This document shows positions 38,844 through 46,532 of a stretch of 54,765 nucleotides of DNA, in pieces. The notes under the pieces are model-generated. The model was not told where the DNA came from. It made no database searches and saw only the letters and a program-made list of their open reading frames with translations. Made by a program: the position numbers and the translations under genes. The stretch is from an uncultured bacterium (GTDB lineage Bacteria; Patescibacteriota; Gracilibacteria; UM-FILTER-43-11): positions 1-54,765 of the forward strand of contig CBDUQS010000002.1 in the NCBI GenBank assembly GCA_965369815.1. Reading direction: 5' to 3'. Each line of letters begins with the position of its first letter. The stretch's first letter is position 1.

Positions 38844-40301
38844 CTACAAACTATTTAACATTGCGCGAGTTTTAGGGCCAACACGCCCAGCGCCCACACT
38901 ATTTGTATTCGACACAATCCCCTGCTCTATTTGAAGCTTAACTAAAGCTTGCTGGGTTTGATTGCCGAAATAACCCGTTTTAAGAGAACTGGAAAGGTGC
39001 CCCTTATCAATCAAAATCTGTTGCAAAGCAAATATATCTTTACCTTTATTATTCAAACTTAAATCAATTAAAAAAGCTTTTCCTTTCACCTGCCCTTGAG
39101 CAAGAACCGGATCGAAATAGAGCGGCTTCTTTTGGTGCACTGTTTTTAACTCAAGTTGATTAAGGGTTGGCAAAGCCACCTTAGCCGGCACCCACACCTG
39201 CATTTCAGCAGGATAATAAGCTAATCGGCGCATCTTCTCATTCACCGCTGAAACCAAAGCTTCGTGAGTCTTTTTACCAAAGTAACCCGCTCCTGTATCC
39301 CAATCATTCTGAACCACTCCGTGATCTCGTTGGAATTCGAAAACCGCAGCAATCGTATCGACATTATAATGACCGCTCAAATCCCCATGATAATAACCAA
39401 GCTCCCATAGCATCTGTTGAACGCGATAAACTTCTTTACCTTCTGCATTCTTCCCAAGCCCTGCTGTGATCGACTTTACATTACTACGAAGACGTTCTTG
39501 TTCTTTAACAATATGAGAGTTGAAGTTTTCCGATTTAGACTTAAGCGCTGCACGAGTTTTAGGGCCAAAATTACCCGCTCCCACCGCAGTAGGGTCAGGA
39601 ATAACCCCTTCGTCCAATTGAAAGGTTAAAACCGCCTCTTGGGTTTCGTTTGTATACACTCCATTTACCTCTCCGTGGTAATAACCAAATAGAGCTAAAG
39701 CTTCTTGAAGCTCACGAATACTGGTTTTTGGAGACGTTTGAGTAATCGGTTGAACAAACGCTTGCGGGTTGATCAGTGTTTTAGATTTTAAACGATTCAA
39801 AGTACCAGACGGCAACTGAGAACTCACCCAGCCAAATGAAAGGCCTGGCTGAACTTGCTGAGCCTGCCAAAATACCTCCCCTTCCACCAAACGCATTCCC
39901 CAGTTAAGTGCTCGGGAAAGCCCATCTTCACCATACCCCATCCATACATCAATACGATCGTAATTCAAACGAGCCTTAATCGCTCCACCGCGGTCATGAA
40001 CCTCTCCAACACCCAAACCAGGAATGCTGATTCGTGTCCCGAAAGGATACGTTCGCGGAGCCGCCAAAAGACCAGTATAAACTTCTGTTCCATCTGCTCC
40101 ATTCGTCCCACGTCCATTCAAGCGAATATCCGCCTCATAACTACCGCGCATATAAAAACTCTGATTCGGTAATGGCGAGTAATAAGCCGACACCATCAGC
40201 ATTCGTTTTTCACCAGGAACCTGAGCTTTCACAGCAGGAACTAGAGTGAATAACTGAATCAAAACAACAGCCAGTGCTAAAATTTTGTTTTTTATTTTCA
40301 T
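38844..40301 (-). CDS. secreted cell-wall protein: 3D domain plus three PG_binding_1 repeats
   Basis: 485 aa, signal peptide ending VKAQ. 3D-domain block (TGLLAAPRTYPFGTRISIPGLGVGEVHDRGGAI...DRIDVWMG). Three repeats of LQxxLxxxGYYxGxxxGxYxxxTxxAVxxFQ...GxFGxKT. Confidence 0.8.
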   Translation of the reverse strand: MKIKNKILALAVVLIQLFTLVPAVKAQVPGEKRMLMVSAYYSPLPNQSFYMRGSYEADIRLNGRGTNGADGTEVYTGLLAAPRTYPFGTRISIPGLGVGEVHDRGGAIKARLNYDRIDVWMGYGEDGLSRALNWGMRLVEGEVFWQAQQVQPGLSFGWVSSQLPSGTLNRLKSKTLINPQAFVQPITQTSPKTSIRELQEALALFGYYHGEVNGVYTNETQEAVLTFQLDEGVIPDPTAVGAGNFGPKTRAALKSKSENFNSHIVKEQERLRSNVKSITAGLGKNAEGKEVYRVQQMLWELGYYHGDLSGHYNVDTIAAVFEFQRDHGVVQNDWDTGAGYFGKKTHEALVSAVNEKMRRLAYYPAEMQVWVPAKVALPTLNQLELKTVHQKKPLYFDPVLAQGQVKGKAFLIDLSLNNKGKDIFALQQILIDKGHLSSSLKTGYFGNQTQQALVKLQIEQGIVSNTNSVGAGRVGPKTRAMLNSL

Positions 40302-40403
40302 AAGATCTCTAAAGAAATCCTATTATTTTAGCAGATTTAAGCCATTTTTTCAACTGGGTAGGGTTGCGGAAAGCAGAAAGTATTTTATAAAATTTTCAAA
40401 TTC

Positions 40404-41132
40404 TTAAATATCTTCACACTCAAGCTCTAACTCTTCATCTTCATCAATCTGATTATAACAACCAAAGCATGTCCTCGTTTTGGTCGCTGTGTTCTGAATA
40501 TAGTCGTAATCGTAATACGTATACCCAACACATCCAGCATCTCCAAAAACAGCCGTCACCGGAACAATGGAGCCACTACGTTTACCAAACTCACTAAACT
40601 GAGCATTGCAAGTATCAAGATCTACACCATTGTAACTAGACTCTTCTAAAAAATCATTTTCAATGTCATAACGAACCAAGTTCCCCAAACGACAATAGGC
40701 GTCGCTAATGGTTGCAATTACCAAAGAAGCATCCGCAGAATAACAAAGTTCCGAAACACCCTTCGTCAACCCCTCCGCAATCTCAGGTTCAAATTTCTTT
40801 TCATCCGAAAAATTAAAATCATAAACTGCCGTTAAAAAACCATCAAACCATTCAGAATCCTCATAATCCACTGCTTTTCCACATCCATCAAAGCGAGCTT
40901 CTTTGTAATTCGCTGGAGGCAACCTCTTAACAATAACCTTCGTCACCTCTTCAACAGGTGGCGGAGTGTCACCAGGTTCCATTTTCGGCTCTTCTTCAGG
41001 AATCATCTCTCCATGTTTTTCAGGGGCTAATGGTAACTCAGACACTTCCTTAGAAGGCGATGAGATCTGTTGCTGACAGCCCATTAAAAACAAAGTAGTA
41101 GCTAAGCTAACAATAAATAAAATTTTACCCAT
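40404..41132 (-). CDS. lipoprotein, function unknown
   Basis: Lipobox LFLMGC after MGKILFIVSLATT, Pro/Glu-rich linker, Cys-rich globular part. ATG at 41132 is preferred over TTG at 41141. Confidence 0.65.
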   Translation of the reverse strand: MGKILFIVSLATTLFLMGCQQQISSPSKEVSELPLAPEKHGEMIPEEEPKMEPGDTPPPVEEVTKVIVKRLPPANYKEARFDGCGKAVDYEDSEWFDGFLTAVYDFNFSDEKKFEPEIAEGLTKGVSELCYSADASLVIATISDAYCRLGNLVRYDIENDFLEESSYNGVDLDTCNAQFSEFGKRSGSIVPVTAVFGDAGCVGYTYYDYDYIQNTATKTRTCFGCYNQIDEDEELELECEDI

Positions 41133-41186
41133 AATTCTCAATTTAAAAAATAGGGAAAATAACTTTAGTATGTTTTAAATCTTATG

Positions 41187-42248
41187 TCAAATTTTCAAAA
41201 TCCTCAATTCCTTCGAAACCGCTCCCGTCAAAACCTCCACCTTTCCTTTCTCGTTCACATAAACCATATCCTCAATACGAACCCCACCTAAGTGATCCAA
41301 GTAGATCCCCGGCTCAATGGTAAACAGCATCCCAGGCTGAATAATGGTTTTTGATCGCTCTGTTACATTCGGGTCTTCATGAACCTCTAAACCCACTCCA
41401 TGACCAGTAGAATGCCCGAATCGATCCGCGTAGCCCGCTTTCTCAATCACCAATCGTGCCGCTCGATCGACAGTACTAAATTTAACACCCAATTTAATCG
41501 CCTCAATGGCCGCTTGATTAGCTTCCAAAACAGCTGTATAAATTTTTTGTTCAACAGCGGTGGGCTTCTTGGTATAAAACACTCGCGTCATATCCGTCAT
41601 ATATCGCTGATAACGAATCCCAAAATCAATCAAAACGTTCTCCCCTTTTTTCAACTTATTCGGCTCCTTCTGATGATGAACGTCCGCCGTATTTTTTCCA
41701 AAACTGATAATGGGAGTGAAAGAAAACTTATCCGCTCCAAGTTTTCTACAAATAGAAAATAAATTCCATTCCATTTCGTCCTCAGATTGTCCGATTTTGA
41801 TGGTTTTAACAAACTGTTCAAAAGCTTTATTAGCAATATTCACTGCCTTTCGAATCACTTTGATCTCATCCTTGCCTTTAATCATCCGCATTTGCTCCAC
41901 CAAACCCGAAACGGGTTTCAATCGAACTCCATCTAAGGCCTTTTTGTAATCCAAAAAACGAGCATGAGTCATATGCTCATCTTCAATGCCCAAATTTTTA
42001 AAGCGTCCCAAAAGTTTTTTAAGCCCCCCCTTCTGATCATAGACCTCAATTTTTTTTGGAATTTGTTTTTTAGCCGAACGAAGATAGCGAAAATCCGTGA
42101 TCAGCACCGCTTTTTTAGGGGTGATTAAAAGCCGCCCATTCGTTCCTGCAAAACCACACAGATAATAAATATTCTGTGGTTTTGAGATCAAAACTGCACT
42201 CAATTTATTGGTTCGAAGCTGTGTTTGAATGACTTGAATTCTTTTCAT
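41187..42248 (-). CDS. M24-family Xaa-Pro aminopeptidase/dipeptidase
   Basis: 353 aa. Creatinase-like N-domain, metal ligands in VLIDFG...D, HSTGHGVGLEVHE, FTIEPGIY and VRIEDMV. Confidence 0.88.
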   Translation of the reverse strand: MKRIQVIQTQLRTNKLSAVLISKPQNIYYLCGFAGTNGRLLITPKKAVLITDFRYLRSAKKQIPKKIEVYDQKGGLKKLLGRFKNLGIEDEHMTHARFLDYKKALDGVRLKPVSGLVEQMRMIKGKDEIKVIRKAVNIANKAFEQFVKTIKIGQSEDEMEWNLFSICRKLGADKFSFTPIISFGKNTADVHHQKEPNKLKKGENVLIDFGIRYQRYMTDMTRVFYTKKPTAVEQKIYTAVLEANQAAIEAIKLGVKFSTVDRAARLVIEKAGYADRFGHSTGHGVGLEVHEDPNVTERSKTIIQPGMLFTIEPGIYLDHLGGVRIEDMVYVNEKGKVEVLTGAVSKELRILKI

Positions 42249-42279
42249 TTTTTAAGGGTTCCAAATTAGGTAAATTTTA

Positions 42280-42340
42280 TCACACATCTCCCAAAAATCA
42301 CACAAATCCCCTATCTCCCAAAAATAGTTTCACACAAAGG
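42280..42340. promoter_or_regulatory. direct-repeat array in the divergent pepP-like/purC spacer (candidate operator)
   Basis: ATCTCCCAAAAAT occurs at 42286-42298 and 42313-42325. It is interleaved with three TCACACA(AA) units at about 42280, 42298 and 42330. Confidence 0.4.
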
Positions 42341-42386
42341 TCATTTTTCGGTAAACTAAAAGTCGTCTGTTTAACCAAAAACCACC

Positions 42387-43361
42387 ATGCCCAACCGAGA
42401 TCTCATTCGACAAAACCTTTACAACACCCTGAGCGAGACGGATTTTGAACGACTCGCCAAAGTTTATACGGGGAAAGTAAGGGATATTTACGAAATCGCT
42501 GGTAAAAAAATATTCATCACCACCGATCGGCAATCCGCCTTCGACCGTATTCTTGCCTCGGTTCCATTTAAAGGAGCGGTTTTAAATCAATTCAGTCAAT
42601 TCTGGTTCGAAAAAACTAAAGATCTTGTTCCAAATCACATGATCGCCGTTCCAGATCCAAATGTAATGATTGTTCGTCCTGTTAGAATCTTCCCAATCGA
42701 AGTCGTGGTACGCGGATACATCACCGGTTCAACCGACACCTCTGCATGGATAAATTACGAAAAAGGAGAGCGTCTTTTCTGCGGTGTTCAGCTCCCAGAA
42801 GGGTTAAAAAAGAATCAGAAATTTAATGAGCCAATTCTAACTCCAACCACCAAAGCAGAAGATCACGATGAAAAAATCTCACGAGAAGAGATCATCGCTC
42901 AAGGACTCGTTTCCGAAGAAAAATGGAATAAGATTGAAGAATATGCCATGGCCGTTTTCAAAAGAGGTCAAGAAATCGCCGCCGAGAAAGGCTTTATTCT
43001 TGTTGACACTAAATATGAGTTTGGTGAAGATGAGGAAGGAAACATACTATTGGCCGATGAAGTCCACACACCCGACAGCTCACGTTATTGGGTAGCCAGT
43101 ACTTACGAAGAACGCTTCAGTACAGATCAAGAGCCTGAGAACTTCGATAAAGAGTTCCTACGTTTATGGTTCAAAGAAAATTGTGACCCTTATAACGACG
43201 AAACACTTCCAGCTGCCCCCGAAGACTTAGTAGAAGAACTTGCCTTCCGATATATCGAAATTTACGAAAAGCTCACCGGTCAAACTTTTGAATACAACGC
43301 TGAGGTACCCATTGCCGAACGCATCCAAGACAATCTCGATACCTACATCAGCTCTCTATAA
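42387..43361 (+). CDS. purC: SAICAR synthetase, long (yeast Ade1-like) form
   Basis: 324 aa. GKVRDIY, TDRQSAFD, VVRGYITGS and a C-terminal extension typical of the long PurC class. Confidence 0.9.
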   Translation: MPNRDLIRQNLYNTLSETDFERLAKVYTGKVRDIYEIAGKKIFITTDRQSAFDRILASVPFKGAVLNQFSQFWFEKTKDLVPNHMIAVPDPNVMIVRPVRIFPIEVVVRGYITGSTDTSAWINYEKGERLFCGVQLPEGLKKNQKFNEPILTPTTKAEDHDEKISREEIIAQGLVSEEKWNKIEEYAMAVFKRGQEIAAEKGFILVDTKYEFGEDEEGNILLADEVHTPDSSRYWVASTYEERFSTDQEPENFDKEFLRLWFKENCDPYNDETLPAAPEDLVEELAFRYIEIYEKLTGQTFEYNAEVPIAERIQDNLDTYISSL

Positions 43362-43363
43362 AA

Positions 43364-43445
43364 CCGAATAGTGGACCGAATAGTGGACCAAATTGTTGTA
43401 TGGCAAACCACTATACGGTGCACAATACGGCCCACAAGCCGAAAT
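43364..43445 (+). repeat. long imperfect palindromic element, copy B
   Basis: ccgaatagtggaccgaatagtggaccaaattgttgtatggcaaaccactatacggtgcacaatacggcccacaagccgaaat, located between purC and purE. Confidence 0.8.
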
Positions 43446-43446
43446 A

Positions 43447-43467
43447 TATAATTCATAATTCATAATT
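43447..43467 (+). repeat. heptamer array YATAATT x3
   Basis: tataatt cataatt cataatt, ending 4 nt before the purE ATG. The same unit occurs twice at 11794-11807, before the ATG at 11818. Confidence 0.8.
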
Positions 43468-43471
43468 AAAT

Positions 43472-43921
43472 ATGCTAGTACCTATTCTAATGGGATCAAA
43501 ATCCGACGAAGAGCACGCTCGCAAAATAGCGGGACATTTAGGTAAATTCGGTGTCAAAGCAGAACTTTACGTCGCTTCTGCCCACAAAGTACCTGAACTG
43601 GTTTTAGATATTGTGAATGACTTCAATAAATCCAGTGAAGAAATCTGCTACATCACGATCGCCGGACGATCTAATGGCCTTTCCGGAGTCGTTTCTGCTA
43701 GTGCTATCCATCCTGTCATCGCCTGCCCACCTTTTAGTGATAAAGCGGATTATCTAGCCAACATTCATTCCTCCACCATGATGCCAAGCGACACGCCAGC
43801 AATGGTTGTGGTCGACCCACAAAACGCCGCCATGGCTGCCATCCGAATTCTCGCTCTTACCGACAAAAAGCTACGAAAACAAGTCGTGCAGCATATCAGC
43901 GAAATTAAGGAAAGCTTTTAA
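43472..43921 (+). CDS. purE: PurE, class II-like (AIR carboxylase type)
   Basis: 149 aa. ILMGSKSDEEHA, ASAHKVPE (SAHK as in human PAICS; E. coli has SAHR), AGRSNGLSGVVSA...PVIACPP (PAICS-like; class I has AGGAAHLPGM). Confidence 0.85.
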   Translation: MLVPILMGSKSDEEHARKIAGHLGKFGVKAELYVASAHKVPELVLDIVNDFNKSSEEICYITIAGRSNGLSGVVSASAIHPVIACPPFSDKADYLANIHSSTMMPSDTPAMVVVDPQNAAMAAIRILALTDKKLRKQVVQHISEIKESF

Positions 43922-43927
43922 AATTTA

Positions 43928-44029
43928 GGAATTTGCATTTTTGATTTTGCAATCAATTTAGCATTTTCAAACTTAACAATTAAATGAGGAAATCTTGAAA
44001 TGAAAAATTAAATACCAAATGCAAATTCC
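43928..44029. repeat. 11-bp perfect inverted repeat bracketing the purE-purB spacer, with flanking opposed heptamer arrays
   Basis: GGAATTTGCAT (43928-43938) pairs with ATGCAAATTCC (44019-44029). gaatttg cattttt gattttg lies on the left and caaatt(c) caaaata caaaata on the right. Confidence 0.6.
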
Positions 44030-44072
44030 AAAATACAAAATAAATCGTATTATTAAATAAAGTAAAACAAGT

Positions 44073-45413
44073 ATGATTACATCTCTATCACCCCTAGATG
44101 GTCGTTACGCCAGTAAAGTCAGTGAACTCAATGAATACTTCTCCGAATACGGACTCATTAAACATCGCCTGATTGTTGAAATTAGTTTTTTTATGATGCT
44201 TTCCTCTGAACCAGGAATCAAAGAGCTCCCTCCTTTTTCAGATAAAGAGCTTAAGATTCTTGAAAATTTGATAAAAAACTTTGATGAAAAAGAAGCGGAA
44301 GCAGTGAAAAAGATCGAAAGAGTTACCAATCACGATGTAAAAGCGGTGGAATACTATATTAAAAAGAAACTTGAAAAAACCACGCTTAAAAAGCATTTGG
44401 AATTCATTCATTTCGCCTGCACTTCCGAGGACATCAACAATCTCTCAATCGCACTCATGATTCAAGGAGCGGGAAATAATGTACTTTTACCAACCATGAA
44501 AGAGTTGAACAAAAAAGTTGTACAACTTGCAAAGAAATGGCAAAAGGTTCCCATGCTCAGCCTCACTCACGGACAACCCGCCTCCCCCACCACCGTAGGC
44601 AAAGAGTTTCTGGTTTTCGCTAAACGACTAGAACGGCAGATGAAAGCATTGGATAAACAAGAAACATTGGGGAAAATCAACGGAGCAACAGGAAATTTCA
44701 ACGCTCATTTATCCGCTTATCCAAAGGTAAATTGGGAAAGGTTGAGCAAAAATTTTGTTCAGAAACTCGGCTTAACTTGGAACAGTCACACTACTCAAAT
44801 TGAATCACATGATTTCCAATCTGAAATTTATGACACAATGGCCCGATTCAACACCATTCTAATCGATCTAAACCGCGACGTTTGGACATACATCAGCCGT
44901 GGAGCTTTCAAACAAAGCGTCGTTGCGGGAGAAGTGGGATCTTCAACCATGCCCCACAAAGTAAACCCAATCGACTTTGAAAACTCTGAAGGGAATCTAG
45001 GGCTCGCCAATGCACTCCTTCGACATCTATCCGAAAAACTACCGATCAGCCGAATGCAAAGAGACCTAACCGACAGCACTGTTCAGAGAAATATTGGAAC
45101 CGCTTGGGGTTATAGTATTTTGGCTTATAAAAGCGCATTAAAAGGGTTAAGTAAGCTAGAGCTGAACAAAAAAGTTGTACAAGAAGAGCTGGATAAAAAC
45201 TGGGCACTGCTCGCTGAACCCATTCAAACGGTTATGCGAAAACACGCCGTTCCCAAGGCCTACGAGAAGCTTAAAGAACTCACTCGTGGAAAAGAGGTGA
45301 ACAAAAAAGTTGTACAAGAATTCGTTTCAAGCCTAAAGATTCCAAAAGAAGATAAAGAAAGGCTACTAAAGCTCTCCCCTTCTACTTATATTGGGATTGC
45401 AGATAAGCTTTAA
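44073..45413 (+). CDS. purB: adenylosuccinate lyase
   Basis: 446 aa, collinear with E. coli PurB: SPLDGRY, TNHDVKAVEY, HFACTSEDINN, THGQPASPTT, GSSTMPHKVNPIDFENSEGN. Confidence 0.95.
   Translation: MITSLSPLDGRYASKVSELNEYFSEYGLIKHRLIVEISFFMMLSSEPGIKELPPFSDKELKILENLIKNFDEKEAEAVKKIERVTNHDVKAVEYYIKKKLEKTTLKKHLEFIHFACTSEDINNLSIALMIQGAGNNVLLPTMKELNKKVVQLAKKWQKVPMLSLTHGQPASPTTVGKEFLVFAKRLERQMKALDKQETLGKINGATGNFNAHLSAYPKVNWERLSKNFVQKLGLTWNSHTTQIESHDFQSEIYDTMARFNTILIDLNRDVWTYISRGAFKQSVVAGEVGSSTMPHKVNPIDFENSEGNLGLANALLRHLSEKLPISRMQRDLTDSTVQRNIGTAWGYSILAYKSALKGLSKLELNKKVVQEELDKNWALLAEPIQTVMRKHAVPKAYEKLKELTRGKEVNKKVVQEFVSSLKIPKEDKERLLKLSPSTYIGIADKL
44506..44525 (+). repeat. purB intragenic 20-mer, copy 1
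   Basis: TGAACAAAAAAGTTGTACAA preceded by GAGt. Encodes ELNKKVVQ. Confidence 0.9.
45163..45182 (+). repeat. purB intragenic 20-mer, copy 2
   Basis: Identical 20-mer preceded by GAGc, in the same codon phase. Encodes ELNKKVVQ. Confidence 0.9.
45298..45317 (+). repeat. purB intragenic 20-mer, copy 3
   Basis: Identical 20-mer preceded by GAGg, in the same codon phase. Encodes EVNKKVVQ. Confidence 0.9.
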
Positions 45414-45424
45414 CTTATTATTTT

Positions 45425-46177
45425 ATGAAAAAGATTTTTTTATTTTTAGGCGGTCTTGTTTTAGGCGGTCTTTTGGTTGGACTTTATTTTAATAACACTC
45501 AGCAAATAAAAGAAAAAAGGACAGAAAAACCAACGCTTGAAGTGGAAAAAGAAGTTGTAAATAAGTCAGTTTCTAAAGCAAATATACAGATTGAATACAA
45601 GACAGAAACCTCTCCAGACGGACTATATTCTGTAACCATAGCTGATGCAGGATGCTGTAGTAGCGAACAACAAGAGAAAGAATTCATAAGAGTAATCCAT
45701 AATGAAACAGGTGAAGAAAGGCTTAAATTAACAATAAATGAGATTGAGGGCATATCCACAAATGAAAACATCATTAGCTGGTCAGTAAATGAAAAAACTT
45801 TATGGATTCAAGTAAACAGCATTTATACAATTCTTGCTTTTTATAAAATTGACCTAGAAACATGGGGGCTAGAAAAATATGATTTTAAAATACCAATATC
45901 AAGCGAAGCTAAATTCAATCCGCACAACGGGATAGTCCTTTATGAAGATAGGCCAATGTGGCAAGACCCCCCACCACAAGAAGAAATTGATAACTCTTCA
46001 TGTAAAATGGCTACTTATAATCTTCGTACAAAAGAAGTAAAGGTTTTAGAGGAGGTAAAACCAGCAACTGCAATTAATTGCTTTAATTATGAATGGGATA
46101 CAAGTTCAAAAAATATACTAAGATTCAGTCGCCCAAACGAAAAACTAAAGGATTATATCTTTAATGACTCAGAATAG
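45425..46177 (+). CDS. hypothetical N-terminally anchored extracytoplasmic protein (250 aa)
   Basis: TM IFLFLGGLVLGGLLVGLYF followed by a beta-rich domain. No motif recognised. Confidence 0.65.
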   Translation: MKKIFLFLGGLVLGGLLVGLYFNNTQQIKEKRTEKPTLEVEKEVVNKSVSKANIQIEYKTETSPDGLYSVTIADAGCCSSEQQEKEFIRVIHNETGEERLKLTINEIEGISTNENIISWSVNEKTLWIQVNSIYTILAFYKIDLETWGLEKYDFKIPISSEAKFNPHNGIVLYEDRPMWQDPPPQEEIDNSSCKMATYNLRTKEVKVLEEVKPATAINCFNYEWDTSSKNILRFSRPNEKLKDYIFNDSE

Positions 46178-46207
46178 TTAAAAAAATGAAATTAATCGAT
46201 TAAAAAT

Positions 46208-46429
46208 ATGAAAGAATCTCTCATCAAAGCCGGGAAATATCAGCACTACAAAGGAAACTTCTATAAAGTAATCGGAGTTGCCAAGCATTCTGAAAATCAG
46301 GAAAATATGGTGGTGTATAAATCACTAGACGATGATCATCAACTCTGGGTTCGCTCTTATGATGAGTTCATAGAAAAAGTAAGCAAAGAAGGAGAACCTC
46401 CAATTCCTCGTTTTAGATTCATTGGATAA
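46208..46429 (+). CDS. DUF1653-like small protein
   Basis: 73 aa. YQHYKGNFYKVIGVAKHSENQENMVVYKSL...LWVRSYDEF matches the DUF1653 pattern from memory. Confidence 0.65.
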   Translation: MKESLIKAGKYQHYKGNFYKVIGVAKHSENQENMVVYKSLDDDHQLWVRSYDEFIEKVSKEGEPPIPRFRFIG

Positions 46430-46458
46430 GAATAATCCAAGTTGCTGCCAGATTACTA

Positions 46459-46489
46459 TCAAATTGCCAGCCATTTGAAAGCAATTTGA
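46459..46489. promoter_or_regulatory. palindromic motif TCAAATTGC-N13-GCAATTTGA upstream of the aminotransferase gene
   Basis: 9-bp perfect arms at 46459-46467 and 46481-46489. The same motif with the same spacing occurs at 48397-48427. Confidence 0.45.
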
Positions 46490-46523
46490 AGGCTATTTGA
46501 AAACCACTTGAACTATTTGAAAT
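46471..46523 (+). repeat. degenerate ~11-nt tandem array (NNATTTGAANN x5)
   Basis: ccatttgaaag caatttgaagg ctatttgaaaa ccacttgaa ctatttgaaat, ending about 10 nt from the ORF-track ATG at 46533. Confidence 0.6.
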
Positions 46524-46532
46524 TTAAATAAT

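Noticed and set aside
44506-45317. Programmed -1 frameshift or transcriptional slippage at the A6G run within the purB 20-mer.
   Set aside because: The in-frame context is C-AAA-AAA-G, not an X-XXY-YYZ heptamer. The downstream palindrome has no loop that would form a stable stimulator. PurB is full length and collinear with E. coli PurB in the zero frame.
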